NCBI GenBank assembly: GCA_001600815.1
Contig: BCKZ01000013.1
Coordinates: forward strand, 459,621 to 523,620
Direction of reading: 5' to 3'
Origin: Alloascoidea hylecoeti
Taxonomy: Eukaryota
Length of the DNA: 64,000 nucleotides
In this document: in pieces, positions 12,108 through 24,091 of the stretch
Position numbering within the stretch: position 1 is the stretch's first letter
Layout of the letters: the number at the start of each line of letters is the position of its first letter
Translations under genes and position numbers: made by a program
Notes under the pieces: model-generated
Databases searched by the model: none
What the model was told of the DNA's origin: nothing
Seen by the model: the letters and a program-made list of their open reading frames with translations, nothing else

Positions 12108-12426
12108 CAACTAAATATTCGGCCACATATTGGTATTAAGTAAACAGTTTATGATGGACTAAATAATCGGACATATTGATGAATAATTATCGGCCATATG
12201 ACTGCCGAATCGACTATAATGACAAACGATGCACCAAATATACTTTATGTAATATGAGCCACGTTTTTGCCTGTGACTGTGATCGATATTAGTTGTGATT
12301 ATTTTTGAGCTATCATATTAGTGGCCTTTGGCGCATCATTTGGTGTTCCCTTAATTCACTCAGGAGGTTAATCAGCTTTGATGGAGTACAACTGCAGAAT
12401 TGACCACATGGCTGAATATTTAGTTG
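12108..12426. mobile_element. Putative MITE / non-autonomous DNA transposon relic
   Basis: 17/18 inverted repeat: caactaaatattcggcca (12108-12125) and tggctgaatatttagttg (12409-12426). Internal copies of the same core. No clear TSD. Confidence 0.5.
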
Positions 12427-14336
12427 AAACACGGTTTATGAGATAAAAATTAATTTCAAATTTAAAACTTTCGGCACCCTTTTCTAAAATACTTCAAATT
12501 CAGGTTCAGAGAATTATAATACTGTAATATCTGTCATTAATGTATTTTCCCCGCACCAGAGAAGGCTCTCTTATAAGCGCTAATATTCGCTACCAGGTTC
12601 GAATTCTCTTTAAATCATTTTATCTAGCGCTAGCTAATTTATAAAATTAATTGTGGCAGTTACTAATCGATATTCTAGCTTCGCATGCAATTTCTAATTG
12701 AGTCCATGAAAATGTGTCTTTTCTCAATATTTGGGAGCAGTTCATTGTAGTACCCTTGTCTATAATTAATTGCCCATATAACCTCCGACATGCTAGGTAG
12801 AGCTGCAACAAAAAAAATGTCGTTGTTTAACATCAAAACTTCATCATAAATTTCACTCTAATACTTTTGCATAAGTTTTAGAATATACCTATATGGTATA
12901 GATCTATATTTAACAACTGTGTCCGATTAATATGAAATCTTCTCTTAAGCAAAAATTAGTAAATTGCATGATGTAGCTCTCATGAATACTTTCTCGAATC
13001 GGAGAAAGAAACTATATAGTATAATCTGAAAAACAGTAATCTGTCTCTCGATTATAATTTCTAAATTTTAAATGAATATGTTAAAATTCAATTAGGAAAA
13101 TAGATCAAAAGTTTACGCCGTTAACGTTAACGTTGTTAGAATCCATTTGCATTCTAAAAGGTTTCAACTGAAGAGATTATATCATTTCGTATAGCTCGTT
13201 AGAGGTGAGGTATCAATGAATGAAATGTAGAATAAGTGAGGAGTATATGCGGATTCATGCATTTTCCTTGATAACTCGAAGAATCCCTACGAATATGGCC
13301 ATGGGTATATTATAATTAATATAACGTAAGAAAGCCGACTCCTTAATTATAAAAAACGAAAGGATGATCCCCAGATATCGATTAGCTTACTACAATAAAG
13401 CTATTTTCTCTCTATTTTACCAAGAAACTTTAGACTTATGGAACACTAATTAATTATAACATTCAATTATATTTTGGCCAATTGCAAACAAACTATTTTA
13501 TAAACAAGACTTTCTTGTTGGATTAAGTAACAACGGTCTGCTGACATTGTAATTATGTATGTGAGCCGATACATCGTTATACACAATCCATATATATAAT
13601 TACGTAACACACAGTCATATATAACTTTTAATTATAACAGATATCTATGTCATTTATATAGGTAAATAACGTGTTTAATGGATAAAAACCGCGGATTACG
13701 GGAGGTAGAAGAAATATTAACTATTATATTGAATGTTGAGTCTTCGGATCGGGTGGCTCAATTTTTAAGTTCTGAAATTTGAATTATGTCTAGGAACGAT
13801 TTGCCGAATCAGGTCATAATTTGAGTCTTCGATAGAAATCCGGGGAAGCCTACTTTAGGATTTTTCATAGAATCCCACCCATACCATAATTAGTTCAATT
13901 GATGATTTGATTGTTATACCATTGTATTATGAGCGTAGGTTGAAGACTTCCAAGACTAATATTAACAATAATAATATCAATTGTTCTATAAAAGTTCAAG
14001 TCAAACACAATTAATATTTGCAATCGTATTAATAAGTATATTTTGTATTTTATAGGAGTTCCGCCGGACAAATAACCTAAAACCAATTCCTATAAGCGAT
14101 TGTTTCAATAGATATTGAAAAAGATATCCTAATTTAGAAATTTCTTAAAATATGTAATTGAATAATTCCTGATATAATCAAAACTAAAAAAGTAGCAACC
14201 TCAGACTATCGTAATCCATTAAACTATAAAAACCCATTAATTTCCCCCTCTTTTTTATTTCAGAATTCAATTATTCAACAAATTAACTAGTTATTTGTTA
14301 TCAATTGATCTTGTTATCTTCAAAAATTTTAAAAAA

Positions 14337-15425
14337 ATGGTCAAAGTTCTCCTCGTTTTATATTCTGCTGGATCTCATGCTCAAGATGAACCAGGTCTTC
14401 TTGGATGTATTGAAAATGAATTAGGTCTTCGTGAAATCTTGGAATCCCAAGGACATGAACTTGTTACAACAGATGATAAAGAAGGTGCTGACTCTCAACT
14501 TGATAAACACATTGTTGACGCAGAAATTGTTATTACAACTCCTTTCCATCCAGGTTATATTACCAGAGAAAGAATTGCAAAGGCTAAGAATTTGAAAATC
14601 TGTATTACTGCAGGTGTTGGTTCAGATCACGTTGATTTAACAGCAGCAAATGAAAGAAACATTGCAGTTTTGGAAGTTACCGGATCAAATGTCACATCAG
14701 TTGCTGAACATGTCGTTATGACAATGTTAGTCCTTGTTAGAAACTTTGTACCAGCTCATGAACAAATCATTAACCACGAATGGGAAGTTGCCGCTGTCGC
14801 CAAAGATTCTTATGATATTGAAGGTAAAGTTATCGCTACAATTGGTGCTGGTAGGATCGGATACAGAGTTTTGGAAAGATTAGTAGCCTTTGATCCAAAG
14901 GAATTATTATACTATGATTACCAAGCATTGCCAAAGGAAGCAGAAGAGAAGGTTGGTGCAAGAAGAGTTGAATCTTTAGAAGAAATCTTAGCTCAAGCCG
15001 ATATTGTCACAATTAACTGTCCATTACATGAAGGATCTAAGGGATTATTTAACAAGGAACTTATTTCAAAGATGAAGAGAGGTGCTTGGTTAGTTAATAC
15101 CGCAAGAGGAGCTATTTGTGTTGCTGAAGATGTTGCCGATGCTCTTAAGACCGGTCAACTTAGAGGATACGGTGGTGATGTTTGGTTCCCACAACCAGCA
15201 CCAGCAGATCACCCATGGAGAGATATGAGAAATAAGTATGGAGCTGGTAATGCCATGACCCCACATATTTCAGGTACCTCATTAGACGCCCAAAGAAGAT
15301 ATACCGATGGTGTTCACAGTATCTTAAAGACATACTTCTCTGGTAAGAAGGATTACAGACCACAAGATGTTATTGTTATTGATGGACACTATGCAACCAA
15401 GGCATATGGTGATGATAAAAAATGA
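14337..15425 (+). CDS. FDH1: NAD-dependent formate dehydrogenase
   Basis: [33 protein letters not shown] (Rossmann), [20 protein letters not shown]. Confidence 0.97.
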   Translation: MVKVLLVLYSAGSHAQDEPGLLGCIENELGLREILESQGHELVTTDDKEGADSQLDKHIVDAEIVITTPFHPGYITRERIAKAKNLKICITAGVGSDHVDLTAANERNIAVLEVTGSNVTSVAEHVVMTMLVLVRNFVPAHEQIINHEWEVAAVAKDSYDIEGKVIATIGAGRIGYRVLERLVAFDPKELLYYDYQALPKEAEEKVGARRVESLEEILAQADIVTINCPLHEGSKGLFNKELISKMKRGAWLVNTARGAICVAEDVADALKTGQLRGYGGDVWFPQPAPADHPWRDMRNKYGAGNAMTPHISGTSLDAQRRYTDGVHSILKTYFSGKKDYRPQDVIVIDGHYATKAYGDDKK

Positions 15426-15787
15426 TTTTGTTAACGATTAAATGATAGCTTATACATAGATATATTATAGATATACAATATAATATTAAGAGAATATTTA
15501 TTTACTTGCCGATATTTATATTACTTACTTCAACATAGCATGCAAGTTAGGCTGCTTGTCACATATTATAATTGTTATAAAGCTACGTTAAGGGACAACC
15601 GGCTCAAGTAATGGAGCCGCAGATTAGTCAGCTTTGTCATAGTTAAATATCACGTGAGAAGCGATCGAGTCACGAGTGCAAAGAAATCATCAAATTGAAG
15701 AAAATAAGAGTTCTGAATGATCATCATCCTCCCAGTCCGGACAGTACTTTTAACAGTATATAATACACATTTAATAGGCGGTTCGAA

Positions 15788-18700
15788 ATGGTCGATTCTG
15801 CACGGCCCTCCAGCGACGATAACGGGATATATCAACAACCCTTTAAGCGAGCGAAAACAGGTTTGTCTAGCCGTTCAACAGCCTGTGAATAGTATGTTGC
15901 TTTTTCGGTGTTTTGATGAATAAGAATATAACGTTGAATACTAACCTTTTTGTTTGGATCAGTTGCCGTCGAAGGAAACAAAAAGTAAATTAAGCTCTTA
16001 TTTTCCCCTTTCCCGCTTCTCTAGAGCTAACAAGTTTGTAGTGTGACCACCATCTGCCATCCTGCACCAATTGCTTGAAGGCCGGTAAAAAATGTGTCCA
16101 ACCACCAAATTACCCCAGAAATACACCTGGAAAGTAAGTACCCTGCACTTCCAACCTTCACAACCCCTGATTTTTTGATTAACCATTTACTAGAGATGAC
16201 TATACTAAATTCTTAGAACGGAAGGTTCAAATATTGGAGAAGAAGCTCAGCGAGGCAACCTCCGAGGAGAATCGTGCGAATCCGAGTAATTTATACAGTT
16301 CCCCTGACATGACGCAACCATTAATACCACAACCTTTGGTCCCGCAACCTTTATCATCAGAATTAGCATCACAGAGCCGATCTTCTTTACCTGTGGATCG
16401 TGACATTAATATCACCCCTGCCATAGATCAGCAGCAGTTATTACCCCCAACTAGATCGATATTGACTGCTGGTCAATTTACTGATTTTGAACACAGACGC
16501 CAACTATTAACAATCCAATCCTTAGTATCTCCAAATAGACTAGACGATACTTCAATCCCCTTAAAAATCCCTTCTTCAAAAGTTGATGACTTTGTTGGTA
16601 ATGATGTTAGATCTGCTGCAACCGCCACAACTCCAATCTCGGGTAATAATAATAGTAGTGATGATAATAACAATAGTAACAATAGTAATAGTAATAATGA
16701 TTTATCGATTGCAAATGTTCAAATAAAAACCGAATTCCCAGTATCAAAAAACAATAGTAGGAAAAATAGTATCATAATACACAAAGAAGGTATATTATCA
16801 ACATTGGATTTAAATTGGATTAGAAATCTATCAAAATCAAAAGCAAAATCAAAATCCGATAATAGTAATCATAATAATAGTAACAACATTAACAACAATA
16901 AGAATTATAACGGGTTATCACTATTTGAAAAGAACTTTGATCCTTCAAAAGGAATGTTTTCAAAGTATCATTTGGATGATTTTTTCAAAGTTGAACCAGT
17001 TAAACATATTGATTATATTGTTGGAAAAAGGTTATTAAAAGTTTATTTCTTAAAATATCAATATAAATTTCCAATTTTAAAAGAAGAAGATATTTTAGAT
17101 TTTTTTACAATATTTTATTTAACAAAAAATGATGATGATGATGATGAATTTAATATTAATACTACATCTAATAATAACAACAACAATAATAATAATAATA
17201 ATAATCAAAAACTAAAAATCGAACTTAATATGGAAAAAATCAATAATGATAATAATAATAGTATTAAAAATGAAATATCAAAAAGATATAGAAATATAAT
17301 TAAAAAAGCGTTTATTGATTCACAAACTTTCCATTGTTATTGTTTTAAATTATGGGTTGCATTAGCAATAAGTACTTTTTTATTAAGTTCAAATGGGAAA
17401 TATACTGGTCCATCATGCGCGAGTTATTTTTCAACTGCTTTAAGGCATGCAACTCATATAACAAATATTAATCCAATTGAAAAATTATATGTTTATTTAT
17501 TATGTGTTTTATTTCTAATTAAAACAGATTATGATACGACAAGTTTATATGATATGATCAAGGAAGCAATGATGATTTGTGTTAATGAAAATTTGCATAA
17601 AATTGATACCTATCTGAATCTATCATCATCATCTTCTTCTTCATTTAATAATATTAATAATTCTCAACAACAAAATGAAAATCAAATGGAAATTCAAAAA
17701 GAAATTGAAATTGAAAATGATTGTAGATTAAGATTATTTTGGAATGTTTATTTATTAGAAAGAATGATTTCAGTTGCAATAGGTAAACCTTTTTCAGTAC
17801 CAGAAAAAGAAATTGATAATTTACCACTATTTCAATCAACATTAATAAATTCAGATGGTAGTGATCTAAAATTTATGTTACAATCAATTAAAATTAGAAG
17901 AATTGAATCAAGATTAGTTGAACAATTATACTCATCAATTCATGTTTCAAAAAATCAATTAAAAATTGTTGAAGATTTATTTTTACAATTACAAAATTGG
18001 AAATTAGATTGTCAAGATTTTACAAAAGAATTTGAAATTGAAACTTTAAGATTATATTATTATAGAACTATTCGTTTATTGATTCAACCATTTTTAGATT
18101 TGTTAGATCCTGATGATCATTTATTTAAAGAATGTCAATCTGCTGCTGGTCAAATATGTCGTATATTTAAAGTATATCATCAACATACGATAATGGGTCA
18201 TTCAACTATTTCAATTCATACTTGTTTTGTCGCTGGATTAACTTTAATCTATTGTTTATTCTTAGCCAAAAATAAAGCCGCTGCAATGACTCAAGTTATT
18301 CCAGACATTGGTTCTCCTGCACCTAATAACAGTAGACATCATCACCATCATCATCATCACACGGGAAGATTTAGACGTTCTGGTCCAACAAGTGTCTACC
18401 AATCATTACCAACCTCTGTCATAACTGTACTTGATGATTTAAGAGCATGTTCTGTATCTTTATTTGCGATGGCTGAAAGGTCACAATTCGCAAGATCATA
18501 TAGAGATACTTTTGACCAACTTTTAAATGCAACAACAATTAATGTGTTAGAAAGACCACCAGATGAAGATTCATTAAGTGAATTAGCAAATAGTAGTTCA
18601 AATTTATCGTCACCAGCTGGATTTTCAACACAATCACAAAATAATCAACAAAATTCATCAATTCCAACAACAAATGTAAATGTAATGGCACCTCCTCCTC

Positions 18701-19530
18701 CAATTACACTTTCACAAAGTATAAATTCAACCTATGGAAATTTTAATCTTAATCAATCAAGTTCTTCAACATTGGGAGATGATATAATTTTACCAACAAC
18801 CACAACACCAGATATTATTAGTTCTAATCAAATTAATTCACCTGCTACTTCACTTGATGGTAGATCTCCAATTATAAACAATAATTCTGTTCCTTTACCT
18901 ATACCTCTCCCTGCTACCCAATCTATCTCAAATCAACTTCCATCAAATACGCAACAACAACCAAGACAGCAACAACCAAGACAGCAACAACCAAGACAGC
19001 CACAACCAAGACAGCAACATCAATTATTAGATGATCCATTAAATTTTAATGGAAGAATGAATGATATGATTCATTCAATATCAGCTTGGGCAGGTAATGA
19101 AAATGACTCATTTAATTTATCTTTTAATCCAGGACCACAACAACAATCATCAAATTTAAATACAAATTTAATTACTACTCCAATGTTAAATCCTCAGAAT
19201 GGGAATGTTTATTTTATAAACAATAGGCGACAAACATTAAATCATATTTCGAATGATAATGGATCCGGAACAATTAATGGGTTAAATTCTTATAATAATA
19301 ACAATAATAATAATTCTAATAACATTGTTAATATTGATAATAGAAATACTAATACTAATAATAATCAAGATAATAATGAGAATGTTATTAATGAGAATAA
19401 TCCTGTTGTTGGTAACAATAATAATAATTCGATTACGGGAAATAGTGATACAAATTCTGATTTATTAACATGGGATTTTCAAATGGATGATATTTTTGGA
19501 TCATATAATGATTATGCATTTTTAGCATAA
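15788..19530 (+). CDS. Zn(II)2Cys6 transcription factor with fungal TF middle-homology region (Stb5/Ppr1-like); exons 15788-15891, 15963-15984, 16042-16133, 16194-19530
   Basis: Splicing at GTATGT..TACTAAC..CAG, GTAAAT..GCTAAC..TAG and GTAAGT..ATTAAC..TAG gives ACEYCRRRKQKCDHHLPSCTNCLKAGKKC in frame with ORF 16234. RLFWNVYLLERMISVAIGKP motif present. Confidence 0.88.
18955..19017 (+). repeat. Coding 15-bp minisatellite (QQPRQ x4)
   Basis: caacaaccaagacag repeated about 4 times inside the TF. Confidence 0.85.
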
Positions 19531-20868
19531 TAAGTTTTATCGTTGAATTGATTTCGATCATATTTTTGATCCCTCTAAATTACAAACACATTTGCCAGGT
19601 TCCATTGCTTGTCACAATCACTATTACAAAATACCATATGAAAATGGTAAAAATAAAGACACTTGATATGAATATCCAATCTGTTTAATACTATCATGAT
19701 CATATACCAACCATCCAGATAAAATTGAGAAATCATTTGAGGTGGTGCATTCAAATCATATATTCATAATATATATATATTAAATTAAAACCAATACTAT
19801 CATAGTTACGAATACTCTCTATCTCAGAACTTACACATAATTATAACAACAGATTTAAAGTTGCAAATTCAAACAAAATAAAATCAAGCAATTAAAATCA
19901 AACAATTAAAATCAAACGAACAAAATTTCCAATTAAAAGTTTTTTTTGTAAATCATATATACTATTATTATCATTTTCTTTTTCACGTTTATAATTATCA
20001 TTGAATATATTGTTAATATTAATATTAATACTTTTTTCTATTTTTTTTTTATTATTATTATTAAATCTTTTTAAATATTTAGTTAAAGGGTGTTGTTTAT
20101 AAAAATGTTTTGTAGTTGTCTTTATAATTATAATTTTAAACCATAGTAAGCTTCTACGTAATGATGATAGTATTTAACTTTAGGTGGATTGTCTTGAATA
20201 ATGCAACTATACCCTAGCGCCTAGACCCACTACGGAAGCTTAGCACCGATACCGCGGGGCATATGTAACAAATCCCACGTAAGCTAAAAAGTTAGATATA
20301 TGAAAGTTGGAGGATCGTTGATAAAGCTGCAGCTTAAACCTAATACCTGGATATAATATAATATAGTGGACATGAAACCAATGGGATAAATGACATATCA
20401 TATACGTGCTGGAGGTTTGCTAGCTAAGTAATATCTATACCAGACAGGTCAGTTTACAGAATAGCCAACAGCGTAGGAAAGATTAGATCATATATATATA
20501 TATATATAAATCTAGAGCTCGAGTAGACATTCGCCAAAATAAAAATCCTCAGCTAAGATAGCTGGCCACTTACAATATTTTATTTCTGCTGTATTCAACA
20601 GCTAGTACTTATTACAGTAACAGGATAATATATGAAAATAGAAAACGTTGTAGGTTGAAGGTGGAGAACAAAGGATGCGTAGGGTTAATTTGTTATTATT
20701 GCGTAGATTAGTGAAATTTAAGTTTCTATAATCCAGACCGATTTCGTATTTTCGGTCTGTTCATATACATTTTTGCCTCTAAACCTAATCAATATTATAA
20801 GTTTACTTGTTAACAGCATACCTTCTGTCTTACTGAGACCTAATGCCATTAATGTTCTAAATATCAGT

Positions 20869-22104
20869 ATGGTCATGTCTACAAACAATCTAAAATATCA
20901 TACTGCAAGTACACTCACATCTACAGGTCCTCATAGCAAACATGGGGCATCTTCAGGTGAAGGTCAGGCGCATTTTATTCAACCCCGAGCTCAGATATCT
21001 TCTATTGACATTAATGACTTAGATGTTGATATAATGATGTCTGACATATCTAAATTCATAAATGCTAACTGTGATTTTAAAAAGCAAGAGATTGATGATA
21101 ATCATATCGATACAACAATAAGTCATGATAATAGCATTGATATGGGATTTGACATTGAATTAGAAGAAAACTCAATTTTCTTATCTCATGTTTACCAGGT
21201 GAATAATAGTAATAGTGCTATAGATTTAGATTCCATAAATTCAGAAAAAGAGATTGAATATAAACTTCCCAAGTTGTATGGTTTAAAAAGCTTTTTTCAT
21301 TGGTATTATATCTTTCAAAGGATGATAAAAGAATTAGATATGGAATTTCTTTTAAAGCATAACGATAATTCCTATTCAAATAACGATATTATCGATCATG
21401 AAAATAGACTTGAGGATATCATAGAAAAAATAAAAGATTCATTACCAACGACTTCCTATAGCATACAAGCAATTAATTGCATTTCACTAGCATCTCCATT
21501 AGATACCATTAAAGACTCCACTTTATTAGCATTACAATCAATATCTGAAGAATTCGGTCCAACACCTTTATTACTCTCAATTATGCTGAAAAAACTTTCA
21601 CAGAAAAGAATATTAGTTACTTTTGATGAATATGACTTTCAACTTTTTAAAGAAATTTCAGATTATTATTTTCAATTGGTGAGTATTATTGGTATAATTA
21701 ATCAAGATGATTATAATCAAAATATTAATATTTATAATATTAATGATAATTCATATGATAAGTTAAATATTAATAACATAATTACCGATGAACAGAAATT
21801 AAATCATTATGTAACAAATTGGATACAAAATATAAATGAATTAAGATTGGAATATCAATTATCAATAGGAAGATCAATTATTAATGGAAATTCATTTACA
21901 AATTATAATGAAACAATGAATAATATTGGTGAGAAATTACAAATTTTAAGAATTATCAAATATAATAGTAAAACTAATAAAAAGATGAAAATTTGGGTAT
22001 CAATTTGGATTACGATTATACTTTTGATTTTAATTGGAATCTATTTGATTTATAAACGTCGATTATATAATACTAATCATAATTACATACCATATATGAT
22101 TTAA
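20869..22104 (+). CDS. Orphan protein with C-terminal TM helix; central region resembles Ty1/copia Gag
   Basis: Long intact ORF, first ATG 20869. TM: IWVSIWITIILLILIGIYLIY. Gag-like motifs LPKLYGLKSFFHW, ISEEFGP, ITDEQKL judged by eye only. Confidence 0.6.
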   Translation: MVMSTNNLKYHTASTLTSTGPHSKHGASSGEGQAHFIQPRAQISSIDINDLDVDIMMSDISKFINANCDFKKQEIDDNHIDTTISHDNSIDMGFDIELEENSIFLSHVYQVNNSNSAIDLDSINSEKEIEYKLPKLYGLKSFFHWYYIFQRMIKELDMEFLLKHNDNSYSNNDIIDHENRLEDIIEKIKDSLPTTSYSIQAINCISLASPLDTIKDSTLLALQSISEEFGPTPLLLSIMLKKLSQKRILVTFDEYDFQLFKEISDYYFQLVSIIGIINQDDYNQNINIYNINDNSYDKLNINNIITDEQKLNHYVTNWIQNINELRLEYQLSIGRSIINGNSFTNYNETMNNIGEKLQILRIIKYNSKTNKKMKIWVSIWITIILLILIGIYLIYKRRLYNTNHNYIPYMI

Positions 22105-22913
22105 AACATTAAGCTTTCTCGGCTCCATAAAAATATAAAATTGCAATTCTAATTGGAACATCTTTATTACTCTTAAGCTTGATCTACGCTCATGGCAATG
22201 CCACCACCAAGTGAATATTGAATTTTAAGAAGTACACCAGGTAGGATGTTTAGACCCACCTATAGTTAACCAGCTTTCAGAAATTTGTAGGAAGTATACG
22301 TCCCTCAAACCACAGTTTGTAATCCCTTCAATGATACACTCTCGACACATACTGCTAATGGAAAACATTTTGGATGTAGATGGTTTTAGAATTATCCTAC
22401 TTTGGATCTGCATTGGAGACGTATGGCTTCTTATTCAGGAACGCAGTATAAAAACAATGGATATGCTTTTTTTCCAGGAAGGAACCCCATTTTTGTGTTT
22501 TAAGAATAGTTGCTAACAAGATGTGTGTTGACTCGGGTGATGGGCCTAAGATTGGGTTATTAGGATTAAAAGTAAAGAATATACATATAGATAACTTTCT
22601 AGCAGGTTTGGCGAGTGAGCCACTAAACTATCATTGAATAATAATAATGAAATGGTGGATCTAATGGAGAAGATTATTCCTATGTTTCACCCAGCTACAA
22701 ATTTCAACGTTAAAGATTTATTGTAATTAAGAGGGATCAGAATAAGGAATCAGGGGTATTCTGATAAATAAAGGTAACTATAGGTTCATCCATTTTATAA
22801 TTCTGTGGTCCAATGTATCAGCCTGGCTATATGTGCCCACCAACAATTGATTTCTTTTAACTAGATCTATAAAATTGATCAATTTAATTAAATGTGATTA
22901 TATATTGATATAT

Positions 22914-23774
22914 TTAGTCAAAGAACTTGCGAGATGTACTAACACCAAACAAAACAAGTCTAATTGCAGGTAAACTATTTTCCTTCAACAATTGCAATCT
23001 TGTTTCTAAAGTATTATCAACTTCAATTTTGCCAGTTTGATTAACTGCAATTAATCCACCGGCAGAATCAGCTGGTAAATAATCATCAGAAATACTAATT
23101 TCAATTTTATTTGACGATTCTTTATTAACATGTTCATCATACTCTTTTGTAACATCAGATAATAATGATTTAATTAAATCAACATCTTGTTTACGTACTT
23201 TAAAAGAAGTTTTATTTTCTAATAAAGTATATAAACCTTCTAATGCTAATCCTTTCAAAACATCTTTATAAACTTTTTGATCATTAGAAATACCATGTAA
23301 TTTTGATTCAGCTTCAGAAATTATATTTTGTAAAACTTCATCACGAGATCCTAAAATCTTTAATCTGGTTTTATTGGCTATAGTTGATTTAGAAATTTGT
23401 TGTGCTAATGATGCCTTTTTGAATTTGGTTTCATAAAGAGTATCAATGTTTGCAGTTTCGGAGCGGACAAGATTGGCCTTTTCGATTTCGTACTCTTCAT
23501 CAGCCTAAAAAAAATAGCAAGATAAAATGTTAATGATTCGATAATAAATAAAGCACTAAAAGATCCATAATCATTGATTATTTACCTTTAATTGAATTTC
23601 CTTAGCCTTTTCATCGGCTTCCTTTTTGATAAATTCAACCATTTTGTTGAGTTCGCCGGCGACCTAAAAGAGTCCATTGTTATTAATACGATGTACAATT
23701 GAATGGGAAGACACCCATTTAATTTTATGAACCTATGAACGTACTTGGTCGTCACTGAGTCCTGGAGCTGGCAT
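22914..23774 (-). CDS. VMA4: V-ATPase V1 subunit E; exons 23774-23745, 23663-23586, 23504-22914
   Basis: Spliced MPAPGLSDDQ|VAGELNKMVEFIKKEADEKAKEIQLK|ADEEYEIEK...LFGVSTSRKFFD. Two 81-nt GT-AG introns. Confidence 0.95.
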
Positions 23775-24091
23775 CTTGAATATTGGAGGTTTTTAACAAA
23801 GAAAAGAAACATCGAACAGAGTACGTATATTGTAGATAAGGTGTATGGGTGTATAATTTCATTTGCTTTTATTGTTCAACTCCGAATTAACTTCCTTCGA
23901 TCATACCAAAGGCACTACCTTTCTTTATTCCAATGATGGAAGAGTTGTATTATAATATGCTTGTGTTTATATCAGCCGAAATTAATTAGTATAAATAATT
24001 TCGGAATGAATATGCTAAATTTACAGTATTTAATTGAACACTGACCCCTTGTTATTGGGTTTCCTAAAAATTTTCACTTTATATCAATCTG

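Noticed and set aside
15423..15431. Cryptic PTS1 by stop-codon readthrough of FDH
   Set aside because: Sequence is TGA TTT TGT TAA; no readthrough context and no PTS1.
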